Below, one piece after another: positions 1 through 8,357 of a stretch of 64,000 nucleotides of DNA (position 1 is its first letter; each line of letters starts with the position of its first letter). The stretch comes from an uncultured Chloroflexia bacterium. GTDB lineage: Bacteria; Chloroflexota; Limnocylindria; Limnocylindrales; CSP1-4. Both the position numbers and the translations under genes were made by a program. The stretch lies in assembly GCA_963766735.1 (NCBI GenBank), contig CAVYBU010000017.1, positions 128,001 through 192,000 of the forward strand, written 5' to 3'. Below the pieces are notes generated by a model. The model searched no databases and had not been told where the DNA came from. It saw only the letters and a program-made list of their open reading frames with translations.

Positions 1-1
1 G

Positions 2-121
2 TGGGTCTATGACCTGCCCGACCGGGCCGCGTACGTCGAGAAGATGGGCGCCGACCGCTGGGCGAGCCTCAAGCCCGGCAGCGCCCCTTCCGGGTCCGTG
101 GACTACGGGGACTACCGATGA
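2..121 (+). CDS. C-terminal fragment of CoA-transferase subunit A (glutaconate CoA-transferase alpha-like), truncated by window edge
   Basis: Frame 2 reads WVYDLPDRAAYVEKMGADRWASLKPGSAPSGSVDYGDYR-stop. Its TGA overlaps the ATG of the subunit B gene (ATGA at 118-121). Confidence 0.7.
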   Translation, partial: WVYDLPDRAAYVEKMGADRWASLKPGSAPSGSVDYGDYR

Positions 122-897
122 GCGACCTCGCCTTCTCCAAGAACGAGATGATGATCGTGGCCGCGGCCCGCGAGCTGGCAGGGCAGCACGTCTGCTTCGT
201 GGGCGTCGGGCTGCCGAACATCGCGGTCAACCTCGCCAAGCGGACGATCGCCCCCGACATGGAGCTCGTCTACGAGGCTGGCGTATTCGGGGCGCGGCCG
301 GCGCGGCTGCCGCTCTCGATCGGGGACCCGACGATCGTGACCGGGGCCACGGCCGTGGTTTCGATGTTCGAGCTGTTCGCGTTCTACCTGCAGCGCGGCC
401 TCATCGACGTGGGCTTCCTCGGCGCAGCCCAGATCGACCGCTTCGGCAACATCAACACGACGGTCATCGGTGAGTACGACGCGCCGAAGACGCGGCTGCC
501 GGGCTCGGGCGGCGCGTGCGAGATCGCGATCAACGCCCGCAACGTGTTCGTGATCATGCGCCAGTCCACGCGCTCGTTCGTCGAGCAGATCGACTTCAGG
601 ACATCACCCGGGAACCTGGGTGGGGCCGAGCAGGCCGAGCGGATCCGCCGGGCCGGCGGCTGGCGCGGACGCGGGCCGTCGGTGGTCGTGACCGATCTTG
701 GGATCTGGCACTTCGACGACGACGGGGAGATGCGGCTGGACTTCCTGCACCCCGGAGCCACGCTGGACGAGATCCGCGCGACCATCGCCTGGGAGCCCCG
801 GATCGGTCCGGCCCTCGCCACGACGCCCGTCCCCACCGCGGAGGAGCTGCGCCTGGTGCGCGAGGAGCTGGACCCCGAGGGCGTCTACACGAAGTAG
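118..897 (+). CDS. CoA-transferase subunit B (glutaconate CoA-transferase beta / GctB-like)
   Basis: FVGVGLP, LVYEAG (catalytic Glu), GAAQIDRFGNINTT and RLPGSGG motifs typical of family I CoA-transferase beta chains. Confidence 0.85.
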   Translation: MSDLAFSKNEMMIVAAARELAGQHVCFVGVGLPNIAVNLAKRTIAPDMELVYEAGVFGARPARLPLSIGDPTIVTGATAVVSMFELFAFYLQRGLIDVGFLGAAQIDRFGNINTTVIGEYDAPKTRLPGSGGACEIAINARNVFVIMRQSTRSFVEQIDFRTSPGNLGGAEQAERIRRAGGWRGRGPSVVVTDLGIWHFDDDGEMRLDFLHPGATLDEIRATIAWEPRIGPALATTPVPTAEELRLVREELDPEGVYTK

Positions 898-941
898 CGC
901 TGCGCCGGACCCGCCGTCGCCGGCATCACCCGTCGCCCGCG

Positions 942-1685
942 TCAGATTCCCACGTTCTGGGGCAGGCTGGCGATCACGACGAGGCCGATCGTGAACACCA
1001 CGGCGGCCATCGAGATCATGGTCCGTCGCGTGACCGTGCCGCTGAACTTCGTTCCGACGCCGGCGAAGAACAGCACCGAGGCCATCAGGACGGCGACCAG
1101 GATGAAGTTGTCGCCGGTCTGGTTGGCCGCGCGGGCCTCGGCCGCAAAGCCCTCGGCCTGCGCCAGGAGCTCGTCCGCCTTCTGCTGCTCGGCCAGCACG
1201 TACTCCGGCCGCGAGAACGGCGAGCCGTCCGGAACGGTCCCTTCAGGGGCCGACGCTCGCCAGGCCTGGAAGGCGGGTTTGAACTCCGGCCGGAACCGGT
1301 CCTCGTAGAAGGCCAGCAGGATGGGTCGCTCGGACGCATAGGTGTCCAGCCACGCGATGTACGTGGCGACGTCGACCTGCTGCTGCGCCAGCGCCTTGTT
1401 CGAGGCCCGAACCGACTCGGCGCGGGTCGCGCCCGCCGAGCTGTAGGCGTTCGCCTGGACTCCGCCCCACCGGGTGGCCTGGTAGGCCGACCAGGCGGAC
1501 GCGATCGTCGCCAGCGCAAGAAGCAGGGTCGCGGCCAGCTCGATCCAGTCGCTCTTGCCGAAGCGCTCGGCGACCGAATCGGCGCGATTCGCCAGGCTCC
1601 GCGTGGGGTCTTCGTGGGACGGATCCTCGACGGGCGTCGCTGTCCCGACGGGCACGTCCGTTGTCTGGTCGTCACCGGGGCTCAA
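942..1685 (-). CDS. Hypothetical membrane protein with three predicted TM helices
   Basis: TTG start preceded by GGAGG. One N-terminal and two C-terminal hydrophobic segments flank a helical soluble region. Confidence 0.7.
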   Translation of the reverse strand: MSPGDDQTTDVPVGTATPVEDPSHEDPTRSLANRADSVAERFGKSDWIELAATLLLALATIASAWSAYQATRWGGVQANAYSSAGATRAESVRASNKALAQQQVDVATYIAWLDTYASERPILLAFYEDRFRPEFKPAFQAWRASAPEGTVPDGSPFSRPEYVLAEQQKADELLAQAEGFAAEARAANQTGDNFILVAVLMASVLFFAGVGTKFSGTVTRRTMISMAAVVFTIGLVVIASLPQNVGI

Positions 1686-1755
1686 CGGCGGATCCTCCTG
1701 AAGCGCGGCGGGCTGAGAGAGGGATCATATCCTCGCCATCTGTCACCGCGAAAGC

Positions 1756-2274
1756 CTAGTTGACCGCGGCTTCCTTCGGGCGGACCACCAGGACCGGGCA
1801 CGGCGCGTTGCGGACGACATGCTCCGACACGCTGCCGAGGAACAGGCGGCCGACCGCACCGCGCCCGTGGCTGCCCACAACGATCATGTCAACGTGTTCG
1901 GCCTCGGCGGCCGAGATGATCATGTCGCCCGGGTCACCCGTCCAGACGAGGAACGAGACAGGCACTCCCGCCTCGCGGCCCCGCTCCACCAGATCCTGGG
2001 CGGCCTGCTCGCGGTCCTCGCGTACCTGGTCGACCCGGGCTCGGAACCTGCCGCCGGGCAGGAGCAGCGACCCGGGATCGATGACCGACACGATCAGGAG
2101 CGCAGCGCCGAGCCGGCCGGCCAGATCGAAGGCCTCCTCGGTCGCCGATGACGAGGCCTCGCTGAGATCCGTGGCGAGGAGGATCTTCCTGCCGCCCGGT
2201 TGCGGCGCGGCCGCAAGCTCGGAGCCCGGCTGAGAGGTCGCCTCGCCTTTCGGCCGCGTGGACATCAGGGCCAT
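1756..2274 (-). CDS. Universal stress protein (UspA family)
   Basis: ILLATDLSEAS N-terminal strand, GDP...DMIVVGSHGRG...LGSVSEHVVRNAPCPVLVV signature. Start could also be 2265. Confidence 0.92.
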   Translation of the reverse strand: MALMSTRPKGEATSQPGSELAAAPQPGGRKILLATDLSEASSSATEEAFDLAGRLGAALLIVSVIDPGSLLLPGGRFRARVDQVREDREQAAQDLVERGREAGVPVSFLVWTGDPGDMIISAAEAEHVDMIVVGSHGRGAVGRLFLGSVSEHVVRNAPCPVLVVRPKEAAVN

Positions 2275-2288
2275 CGTCCGCTGGTCAA

Positions 2289-3650
2289 CTAGGCCAGGAG
2301 TGCTTGGATGATCGCGTCCACGTGCGCCTTCTCGGGCACCACCACGAGCGCGGTGACCATGCCGAACATCCCGTCGAGCCCCTCGACGTGGGGGAGGATG
2401 TGGCAGTGGAATGCCCAGAGGCCGACCCGATCGGCGGTGATGTTCACGTCGAACCGCTCGCCCGGGTTGACGCCCAGGGTGTCGCAGTAGAACGAGGCGC
2501 CCTCGAGCGGGTATCCGTCGCGCGCGACGACCTTCATCCGGTACCCGTGGCTGTGCCACGGGTGCATCATGAACCCCTCGTTCATGAACCGGATGCGCAC
2601 GGTCTCGCCCTGCGCGGCGAGCACCGGGACGACCGCCGGGAAGCCGTGGCCGTTGATCGTGAAGCCGCCGAGCGCATCGTTGGAGATCCAGACGTACTCG
2701 CGGTCGAACTTGTCGTCGGCGGTCGGCTTCTTGGGGTCCACGACAAACGCCCCAAGCAGGCCGCGCCCCACCTGGTCGGTGGCGTTGTGGTGCGAGTGGT
2801 ACATCAGCGAGCCCGGCCGGGAGGCCACGAACTCGTAGGCGAACTCCTCCCCCGGGGCGAACGGCTTCTGGTTGACGAAGGCCACGCCGTCCATGAACGA
2901 GTCGACGAACTCCTCGCCGTGGAAGTGGACGACCGTCGTCTCGTTGAGATTGTTCTTGAAGATCGCGCGGACCTTGTCGCCCTCGGTCACCCGGATCGTG
3001 GGGCCCGGCCATTGCGCGTTGTAGCCGAGGGCCGCCACGGTCGGCATCTTCTCGTCGATCGGCCACTCCATCTCGTCGACGGTAAGGCGGAAGACCTTGA
3101 CGTCCCCGTCCATCTCGTAGGTGAGCGGGGAGACGGCGTCCGTGATCACGAGGTTCGATACCTGTGCGAACGCGGGCTTCATCGCGAGCTCGGGGTAGCC
3201 CTCGGCCACGTCCAGGATGTCGGCAATCTGCGCGTACGTCGCCTCGCCGAAGACGTCCTTGAAGGCGGGGACCAGGTTGCCGAGGTACCGGCGGACCACA
3301 TTCCTTGCGGCGATATCGTGCTCCGTCCAGCCAGGCGGGATGGCCGGGTTGGCGCTCGGAGCGACCGAAGGCGCGACAGTCGCGGCCGCGGACGGGGCCG
3401 CGGTCGCCGGGGCGGCGGTGGGGTTGGCCGGTCCCGGGGTGGCCGGGGCGCCGAAGCTCCAGGCCGGGTTTGCCGCCACCTGGCAGGCAGCGACGCTGGC
3501 CGCCACCAGGCCACCGCCCGTGAGGCCGGCGGCGCGGAGGAACCCGCGGCGGCTGATCGCGTTGGACGCGATGCCCGTGGAGTCCTCGGCGCTGTCGGCC
3601 TGGGACGCATCGGGCGAGGTGTTGACGGGGACGGGACTATCCGCGGACAT
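2289..3650 (-). CDS. Tat-exported two-domain multicopper oxidase (small-laccase-like)
   Basis: SRRGFLRAAG twin-arginine signal, Ala/Pro linker, copper motifs HFHG, MYHSHH, HPWHSHG and HCHILPH...GM. Confidence 0.85.
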   Translation of the reverse strand: MSADSPVPVNTSPDASQADSAEDSTGIASNAISRRGFLRAAGLTGGGLVAASVAACQVAANPAWSFGAPATPGPANPTAAPATAAPSAAATVAPSVAPSANPAIPPGWTEHDIAARNVVRRYLGNLVPAFKDVFGEATYAQIADILDVAEGYPELAMKPAFAQVSNLVITDAVSPLTYEMDGDVKVFRLTVDEMEWPIDEKMPTVAALGYNAQWPGPTIRVTEGDKVRAIFKNNLNETTVVHFHGEEFVDSFMDGVAFVNQKPFAPGEEFAYEFVASRPGSLMYHSHHNATDQVGRGLLGAFVVDPKKPTADDKFDREYVWISNDALGGFTINGHGFPAVVPVLAAQGETVRIRFMNEGFMMHPWHSHGYRMKVVARDGYPLEGASFYCDTLGVNPGERFDVNITADRVGLWAFHCHILPHVEGLDGMFGMVTALVVVPEKAHVDAIIQALLA

Positions 3651-3713
3651 GAGCACTCCGGTCGCGTTCGCTGTGGATTGGGGAATGGTCGGTGTCGATG
3701 CTACCGCTGCGAA

Positions 3714-3727
3714 GGGACCAATGGCCC
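3714..3727. promoter_or_regulatory. DosR/DevR-box-like palindrome GGGACCAATGGCCC
   Basis: Resembles the mycobacterial DosR box core GGGAC-N4-GTCCC. Lies between the divergent oxidase and kinase genes. Confidence 0.55.
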
Positions 3728-3782
3728 GAAGCCGGGGGCCCCTGTTCCCCGCGACGTGTGGCGGGCTGGTAGGCTGCAACCG

Positions 3783-5429
3783 ATGACCAGCACCCGCTCG
3801 CCCGTCACCCGTCGTCCCGCGGAAGCGCCCGAAGCCGGTCCATTCGCGAGGCCCGCGGTCGGCCCGTTCCTCCTGGTCGGGGCGCTCGAGGCGTTCGAAG
3901 GCTGGCAGCGACACCCGTCCGCGCACACCCGCGCGGAGGTTGCGCAGGCACTCGAGGGCATCGTGGAGGGTGCCGGCGCACGCGGCGCCATCCTCGAGAT
4001 CTCTGCCCCCCCTCTACCGACTCTTTCCATCGGGGTCGGCACGCTCGTGGAGGTGCCGGGCCTTGACGAGCGCGCCCACCTCGCCCACCTCGCCCAGTTC
4101 CCGCTCGGCTCCCACGAGGGCCACGAGCTGCTGGGCCGCCTCTTCCTCGATGCCCCGGACGGCGCCTCGACGCCGGTCGTCCGGATCATCGAGCTGGCCG
4201 TGGACGCCGCCTGGTCCCGCGCGGCCGTGCACGGCCGCGCGGAGCGCCTCGCCGCCCTCGAGGCCGCCACGCGTGCCATCTCCGCGGAGCTCGATGTCGA
4301 CCGCGTCCTGGCCCTCATCGTGGATCGGGTGCGGGATCTTGTCGGGGCGCGGTTCGCCGCGCTTGGGTTGGCAGACAGCCGCGGCCGGATTGAACGGTTC
4401 ATCACCAGCGGCATCAGTGCCGAACGTCGCGCGGAGATCGGCGGCGTGCCCCGCGGCCACGGCCTCCTCGGGCTGATCATCCGCGAGGGGCATACGGTCC
4501 GGGCACCGGACATCGCCTCGCACCCGGCCCATTATGGGTTCCCGGCCCACCACCCGACCATGAAGTCGTTCCTGGGGGCGCCGATCCTCGTCAAGGGCCG
4601 CTCCGTAGGCAACCTCTACCTCGTGGACAAGCCCCACGAGGAGCCGTTCTCCGAGGATGACGAGCGGCTCGTGGAGATGTTCGCCGCCCATGCCGGTATC
4701 GCGATCGAGAACGCCCGACTCCACGACCTGGTCCAGCGCATGGCTGTGGTGGAGGAGAGGGAGCGGATCGGCAAGGACCTCCACGACGGGATCATCCAGG
4801 CGATCTACGCCGTTGGCCTCTCGCTGGAGGATGTCCCGGAGCTGGTCGAGGAGGACGAGGGACGGCTCGAGGCCGTCGCTCGCGTGGACCGCGCAATCGA
4901 TGCGCTCAACCTCGTCATCGCCGACATCCGCTCCTACATCCTGCGGCTGCGGCCGGCGATGGGCGGTGACGAGGATCCGGTCGAGGGCCTCGCCCGCCTG
5001 GGCGAGGAGCTGGGCATGAACGCGGTGGTCGATCTCGAGGTCGACCTGGGCGGCGGTGCCGAGACACTGCGCTCCTTCTCGCCGGACCGCCGATCGGACA
5101 TCCTGTTCATCGTCCGCGAGGCGCTCTCCAATGTTGCCCGACACTCCGGCGCCACCAGGACGGCGCTGGTCCTGGCCCGCGACGAGGACGACCTCGTCCT
5201 GTGCGTTGAGGACAATGGCCGGGGCTTTGATCCGGCGCTGCTGCACGGTCCGGATACGCTTGGACACCACCAGGGTTTGAGCAACATGCGCGATCGCGCG
5301 GTCGGAATGGGGGGGACGTTCGCAGTGGAGCGTCCCGAGGCCGCGGGCACGCGTATCATCGTGCGAGTGCCAGCGACGGCCAGCGCCGACGCCGGGGACA
5401 GCCCTTCCGCATCCACCGGAGACAAGTGA
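3783..5429 (+). CDS. GAF-domain sensor histidine kinase, DosS/DevS-like (HisKA_3)
   Basis: GAF segment HYGFPAHHPTMKSFLGAPI retains the heme-ligand His region of DosS. Also EERERIGKDLHDGIIQ H-box, EALSNVARHS N-box, EDNGRGF and GLSNMRDR G-boxes. Confidence 0.9.
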   Translation: MTSTRSPVTRRPAEAPEAGPFARPAVGPFLLVGALEAFEGWQRHPSAHTRAEVAQALEGIVEGAGARGAILEISAPPLPTLSIGVGTLVEVPGLDERAHLAHLAQFPLGSHEGHELLGRLFLDAPDGASTPVVRIIELAVDAAWSRAAVHGRAERLAALEAATRAISAELDVDRVLALIVDRVRDLVGARFAALGLADSRGRIERFITSGISAERRAEIGGVPRGHGLLGLIIREGHTVRAPDIASHPAHYGFPAHHPTMKSFLGAPILVKGRSVGNLYLVDKPHEEPFSEDDERLVEMFAAHAGIAIENARLHDLVQRMAVVEERERIGKDLHDGIIQAIYAVGLSLEDVPELVEEDEGRLEAVARVDRAIDALNLVIADIRSYILRLRPAMGGDEDPVEGLARLGEELGMNAVVDLEVDLGGGAETLRSFSPDRRSDILFIVREALSNVARHSGATRTALVLARDEDDLVLCVEDNGRGFDPALLHGPDTLGHHQGLSNMRDRAVGMGGTFAVERPEAAGTRIIVRVPATASADAGDSPSASTGDK

Positions 5430-6103
5430 CCGTGACTGATCTCACCTCGAGGCCTCTGCGCCTGCTCGTGGTGGACGACCACGAGGTGGTTCGCCAGGGA
5501 CTCGTGGCGCTTCTCGATCGCCGCGAAGGGTTCCAGGTCGTTGCCGAGGCCGGCACCGCCGCCGAATTGATCGAGCAGGCCCGCCGGTTCCAGCCTGACA
5601 TCGTGGTCATGGACGTGCGCCTCCCCGACGGCTCGGGGATCGAAGCATGCCGCGAGATCCGCGCAGAGCTGCCCGCGACGCGCGTCGTCATGCTCACCTC
5701 CTACCCGGACGAGGAGGCCGTGCTGTCCGCCATCGTCGCCGGGGCATCGGGGTATCTCCTCAAGCAGATCCGTGCCCGCGATCTCGTTGCCGCCCTGGAG
5801 TCCGTGGGTCGTGGCGAGTCGCTGCTCGACCCGGCGGTGACCGAGAAGGTGCTCGAGCGCGTGCGACGCATCGCCACCGGCGCCTACACCGACGAGATGG
5901 CGCAGCTCACCGCGCAGGAGCAGCGGATCCTGCTCCTGGTGGCGGAGGGCAAGACGAACAAGGAGATCGCCGCCGAGGTCTTCCTGTCGGACAAGACGGT
6001 GAAGAACTACGTGAGCTCGATCCTCTCGAAGCTCAACCTCGAGCGACGGGCCCAGGCCGCCGCGTTCGTCGCCAAACATCGGCTGGACCGCGGCGGGGCG
6101 TAG
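5426..6103 (+). CDS. NarL/FixJ-family response regulator, DosR/DevR-like
   Basis: VVDDHEVVRQG, MDVRLPDGSG receiver and LuxR HTH with KTVKNYVS recognition helix. Overlaps the kinase stop (GTGA). Confidence 0.92.
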   Translation: MTVTDLTSRPLRLLVVDDHEVVRQGLVALLDRREGFQVVAEAGTAAELIEQARRFQPDIVVMDVRLPDGSGIEACREIRAELPATRVVMLTSYPDEEAVLSAIVAGASGYLLKQIRARDLVAALESVGRGESLLDPAVTEKVLERVRRIATGAYTDEMAQLTAQEQRILLLVAEGKTNKEIAAEVFLSDKTVKNYVSSILSKLNLERRAQAAAFVAKHRLDRGGA

Positions 6104-6154
6104 GCCCCCGGCGGCGTTCCCGACACCTGCCGTCCGCTCCCGCGTCGCGCTGCA

Positions 6155-6490
6155 ATGGAGGACGATCTCGTCGCGTGGGGACGCGTCCTGCGCATCGAGA
6201 CCCGTGGGCGCACCAGCGGCAGACCCGCACGTGCGGTTGTCGGGTTCGTCGAGCGGCCCGACGGGACGCTGGCGATTGCGGCCGGGTCTCCCGAGGCGGA
6301 CTGGGGGCGCAACCTCCTTGCCGACCCCGCCTGTCGCGTGACCTTCGCCGGCGTCACCACCGCGGCGATCGCGCAGGAGCTCGAGGGCGCGGAGCACGCC
6401 GCCGCTGTGCGTGACCTGATCCTCAAGTACGGGCAGCCGGCAGAGAGGCTGGGCGCCGGACCGGCGTTCGCGCTGCGACTGGTCCGGTAG
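6155..6490 (+). CDS. Deazaflavin (F420)-dependent nitroreductase/quinone reductase family protein (Ddn-like)
   Basis: LRIETRGRTSGRPAR, DWGRNLLADP motifs of the split-barrel Ddn family. Confidence 0.75.
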   Translation: MEDDLVAWGRVLRIETRGRTSGRPARAVVGFVERPDGTLAIAAGSPEADWGRNLLADPACRVTFAGVTTAAIAQELEGAEHAAAVRDLILKYGQPAERLGAGPAFALRLVR

Positions 6491-6511
6491 ACGTCCGGGG
6501 GCCGGCCTCCT

Positions 6512-6525
6512 GGGCCATGGCTCCC
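6512..6525. promoter_or_regulatory. DosR-box-like element (reverse complement GGGAGCCATGGCCC)
   Basis: Imperfect palindrome about 110 nt upstream of the acyl-CoA transferase, similar to the site at 3714. Confidence 0.4.
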
Positions 6526-6636
6526 GCGAGTCGGGGGTGAGCGGGCGACGCGGCATGCCGGAACCGGGCACACCGGGCCCCCGCGGCGGGCCATCCGGCT
6601 GCGCCATCGGCCACCCGCGGCACCTAGACTCCCGGC

Positions 6637-7911
6637 ATGCGTATCGTCTCGCCTGAAGAAGCGGTGGCGGGCATCCGTTCTGGCGACCAGGTCTACGTCC
6701 AGTGCGCCGCCGCCACCCCGTCTGTCCTCCTCGACGCCCTGGTCGCGCGCGCCCCGGAGCTGGCTGACGTCTCGATGGTGCACCTGCACACGGAAGGTCC
6801 CGGACCCCACCTCGCACCCGAGATGGCACCGCACTTCCGGCATCGAGCCCTGTTCATCGGCCCCAACGCTCGCAAGGCGATCAACGAGGGCCGCGCCGAC
6901 TTCGTCCCGATCTTCCTCTCGGACGTTCCGGCCGTGTTCCGGACAGGTGCGCTCCCGCTGGATGCCGTGCTGGTCAACGTCACCCCGCCCGATCGGCACG
7001 GGTACTGCTCGCTGGGTACCTCGGTCGAGGCGATGCGTGCCGCGATCGAGTCGGCCACGACGGTCATCGCCCAGTTCAACGCCTCGATGCCCCGGACGCT
7101 GGGCGACTCGTTCGTCCACATCAGCGAGATCGATCTGGCGATCGAGGTGGACCAGCCGCCGTACGAGGTCGACCGCCCGACGCTCGGTGAACTCGAGCGG
7201 CAGATCGGGTCGTTCGTCGTGGATCTCGTCCCCGACGGGGCCACGCTCCAGCTGGGCATCGGTGCCCTCCCGACGGCGATCGCGGAGTTCCTTACCCACA
7301 AGAAGGACCTGGGCATCCACACCGAGATCTTCAGCGACTCCGTCGTGGACCTCGTCGAGCTGGGCGTGGTCACCGGGGCGGCCAAGGCGCGCAACAAGGG
7401 CAAGATCGTCACCGCGTTCGTGATGGGCACACAACGTGTGTACTCGTTCGTCCACGACAACCCGATGGTCGAGATGCGGGCAGTGGACTTCACCAACGAC
7501 ACCAGCGTGATCCGATCGTTCAAGCACATGACCGCCATCAACTCGGCGCTCGAGGTCGACCTGTCGGGCCAGGTGGTCGCTGACTCGATCGGCTACCGGA
7601 TGTACTCGGGCGTCGGCGGGCAGATGGACTTCATGCGCGGCGCGGCGCTTGCCCCAGGCGGCCGGGCGATCATCGCGCTGCCGTCCACGGCCGGCGCGGA
7701 CGGGTCCGTGTCCCGCATCGCTGCCCACCTGTCCGAGGGGGCCGGCGTGGTCACCACCCGGGCGCATGTGCGAACCGTGGTCACGGAGTTCGGTGTCGCG
7801 GAGCTGTGGGGCAAGAGCCTCCGTGAGCGTGCCAAGGCTCTGATCGAGATCGCCCATCCGGACCACCGGGACGCACTCACCTTCGAGGCGCGTCGCCACC
7901 TGGACCTGTAG
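6637..7911 (+). CDS. Acetyl-CoA hydrolase/transferase family (4-hydroxybutyrate CoA-transferase-like)
   Basis: GATLQLGIGALP, LGIHTE (catalytic Glu), INSALEVDLSGQV, YSGVGGQMDF, VVTEFGVAEL motifs. Confidence 0.9.
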   Translation: MRIVSPEEAVAGIRSGDQVYVQCAAATPSVLLDALVARAPELADVSMVHLHTEGPGPHLAPEMAPHFRHRALFIGPNARKAINEGRADFVPIFLSDVPAVFRTGALPLDAVLVNVTPPDRHGYCSLGTSVEAMRAAIESATTVIAQFNASMPRTLGDSFVHISEIDLAIEVDQPPYEVDRPTLGELERQIGSFVVDLVPDGATLQLGIGALPTAIAEFLTHKKDLGIHTEIFSDSVVDLVELGVVTGAAKARNKGKIVTAFVMGTQRVYSFVHDNPMVEMRAVDFTNDTSVIRSFKHMTAINSALEVDLSGQVVADSIGYRMYSGVGGQMDFMRGAALAPGGRAIIALPSTAGADGSVSRIAAHLSEGAGVVTTRAHVRTVVTEFGVAELWGKSLRERAKALIEIAHPDHRDALTFEARRHLDL

Positions 7912-8110
7912 CGGCAACAGCCGACGGGTTCGGTCGCCGAGGGCGTGTGTCCGGTGAAGATTGCGGACATCCGCGAAACGGTGGGGTGACCCGGACCGGG
8001 GTCCACGCCGGCCGAGGCGGTGGACGGGATGGCGGAGCGGGATCCGACCGCAGGAGAGACGGGCCACGAATCAGAAACCCCCGCCGCCGGGCGAGGGCTC
8101 GATGAATTCG

Positions 8111-8143
8111 GGTGGGTGTCGGGCGTCCCCTCCGACACCCACC
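8111..8143. repeat. Perfect 12-bp inverted repeat GGTGGGTGTCGG / CCGACACCCACC
   Basis: Read directly in the long intergenic region. Could be a terminator-like hairpin or a protein-binding site. Confidence 0.6.
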
Positions 8144-8202
8144 TCACACGCAGTGTCGGGGGTGTCGCAATCACCGGTGAGTGCCGATCGGACCCCGTTC
8201 GC

Positions 8203-8216
8203 GGGACCAGCGGCAC
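8203..8216. promoter_or_regulatory. DosR-box-like element GGGACCAGCGGCAC
   Basis: Similar to the 3714 site, upstream of the COG2403 gene. Confidence 0.35.
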
Positions 8217-8357
8217 CTCCCACAGGGCGGCCCGGCCGGATACGTCGCGACGCCGGCGCGTCATCCTGACGGGACGCGGAGGCAGCAACCGCCGCGTCCG
8301 CCTGCTGGCCTCGCGGTCCGGCGCGGGCGCCTGCGATCTCCTCCCCCGAGGTCGGAC

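Noticed and set aside
2289-3650. Copper nitrite reductase NirK
   Set aside because: The type-1 copper Cys is in the second domain, not the first as in NirK.
2304-3782. 1041-aa kinase ORF starting at 2304
   Set aside because: The upstream part is the antisense shadow of the multicopper oxidase. The real start is near 3783.
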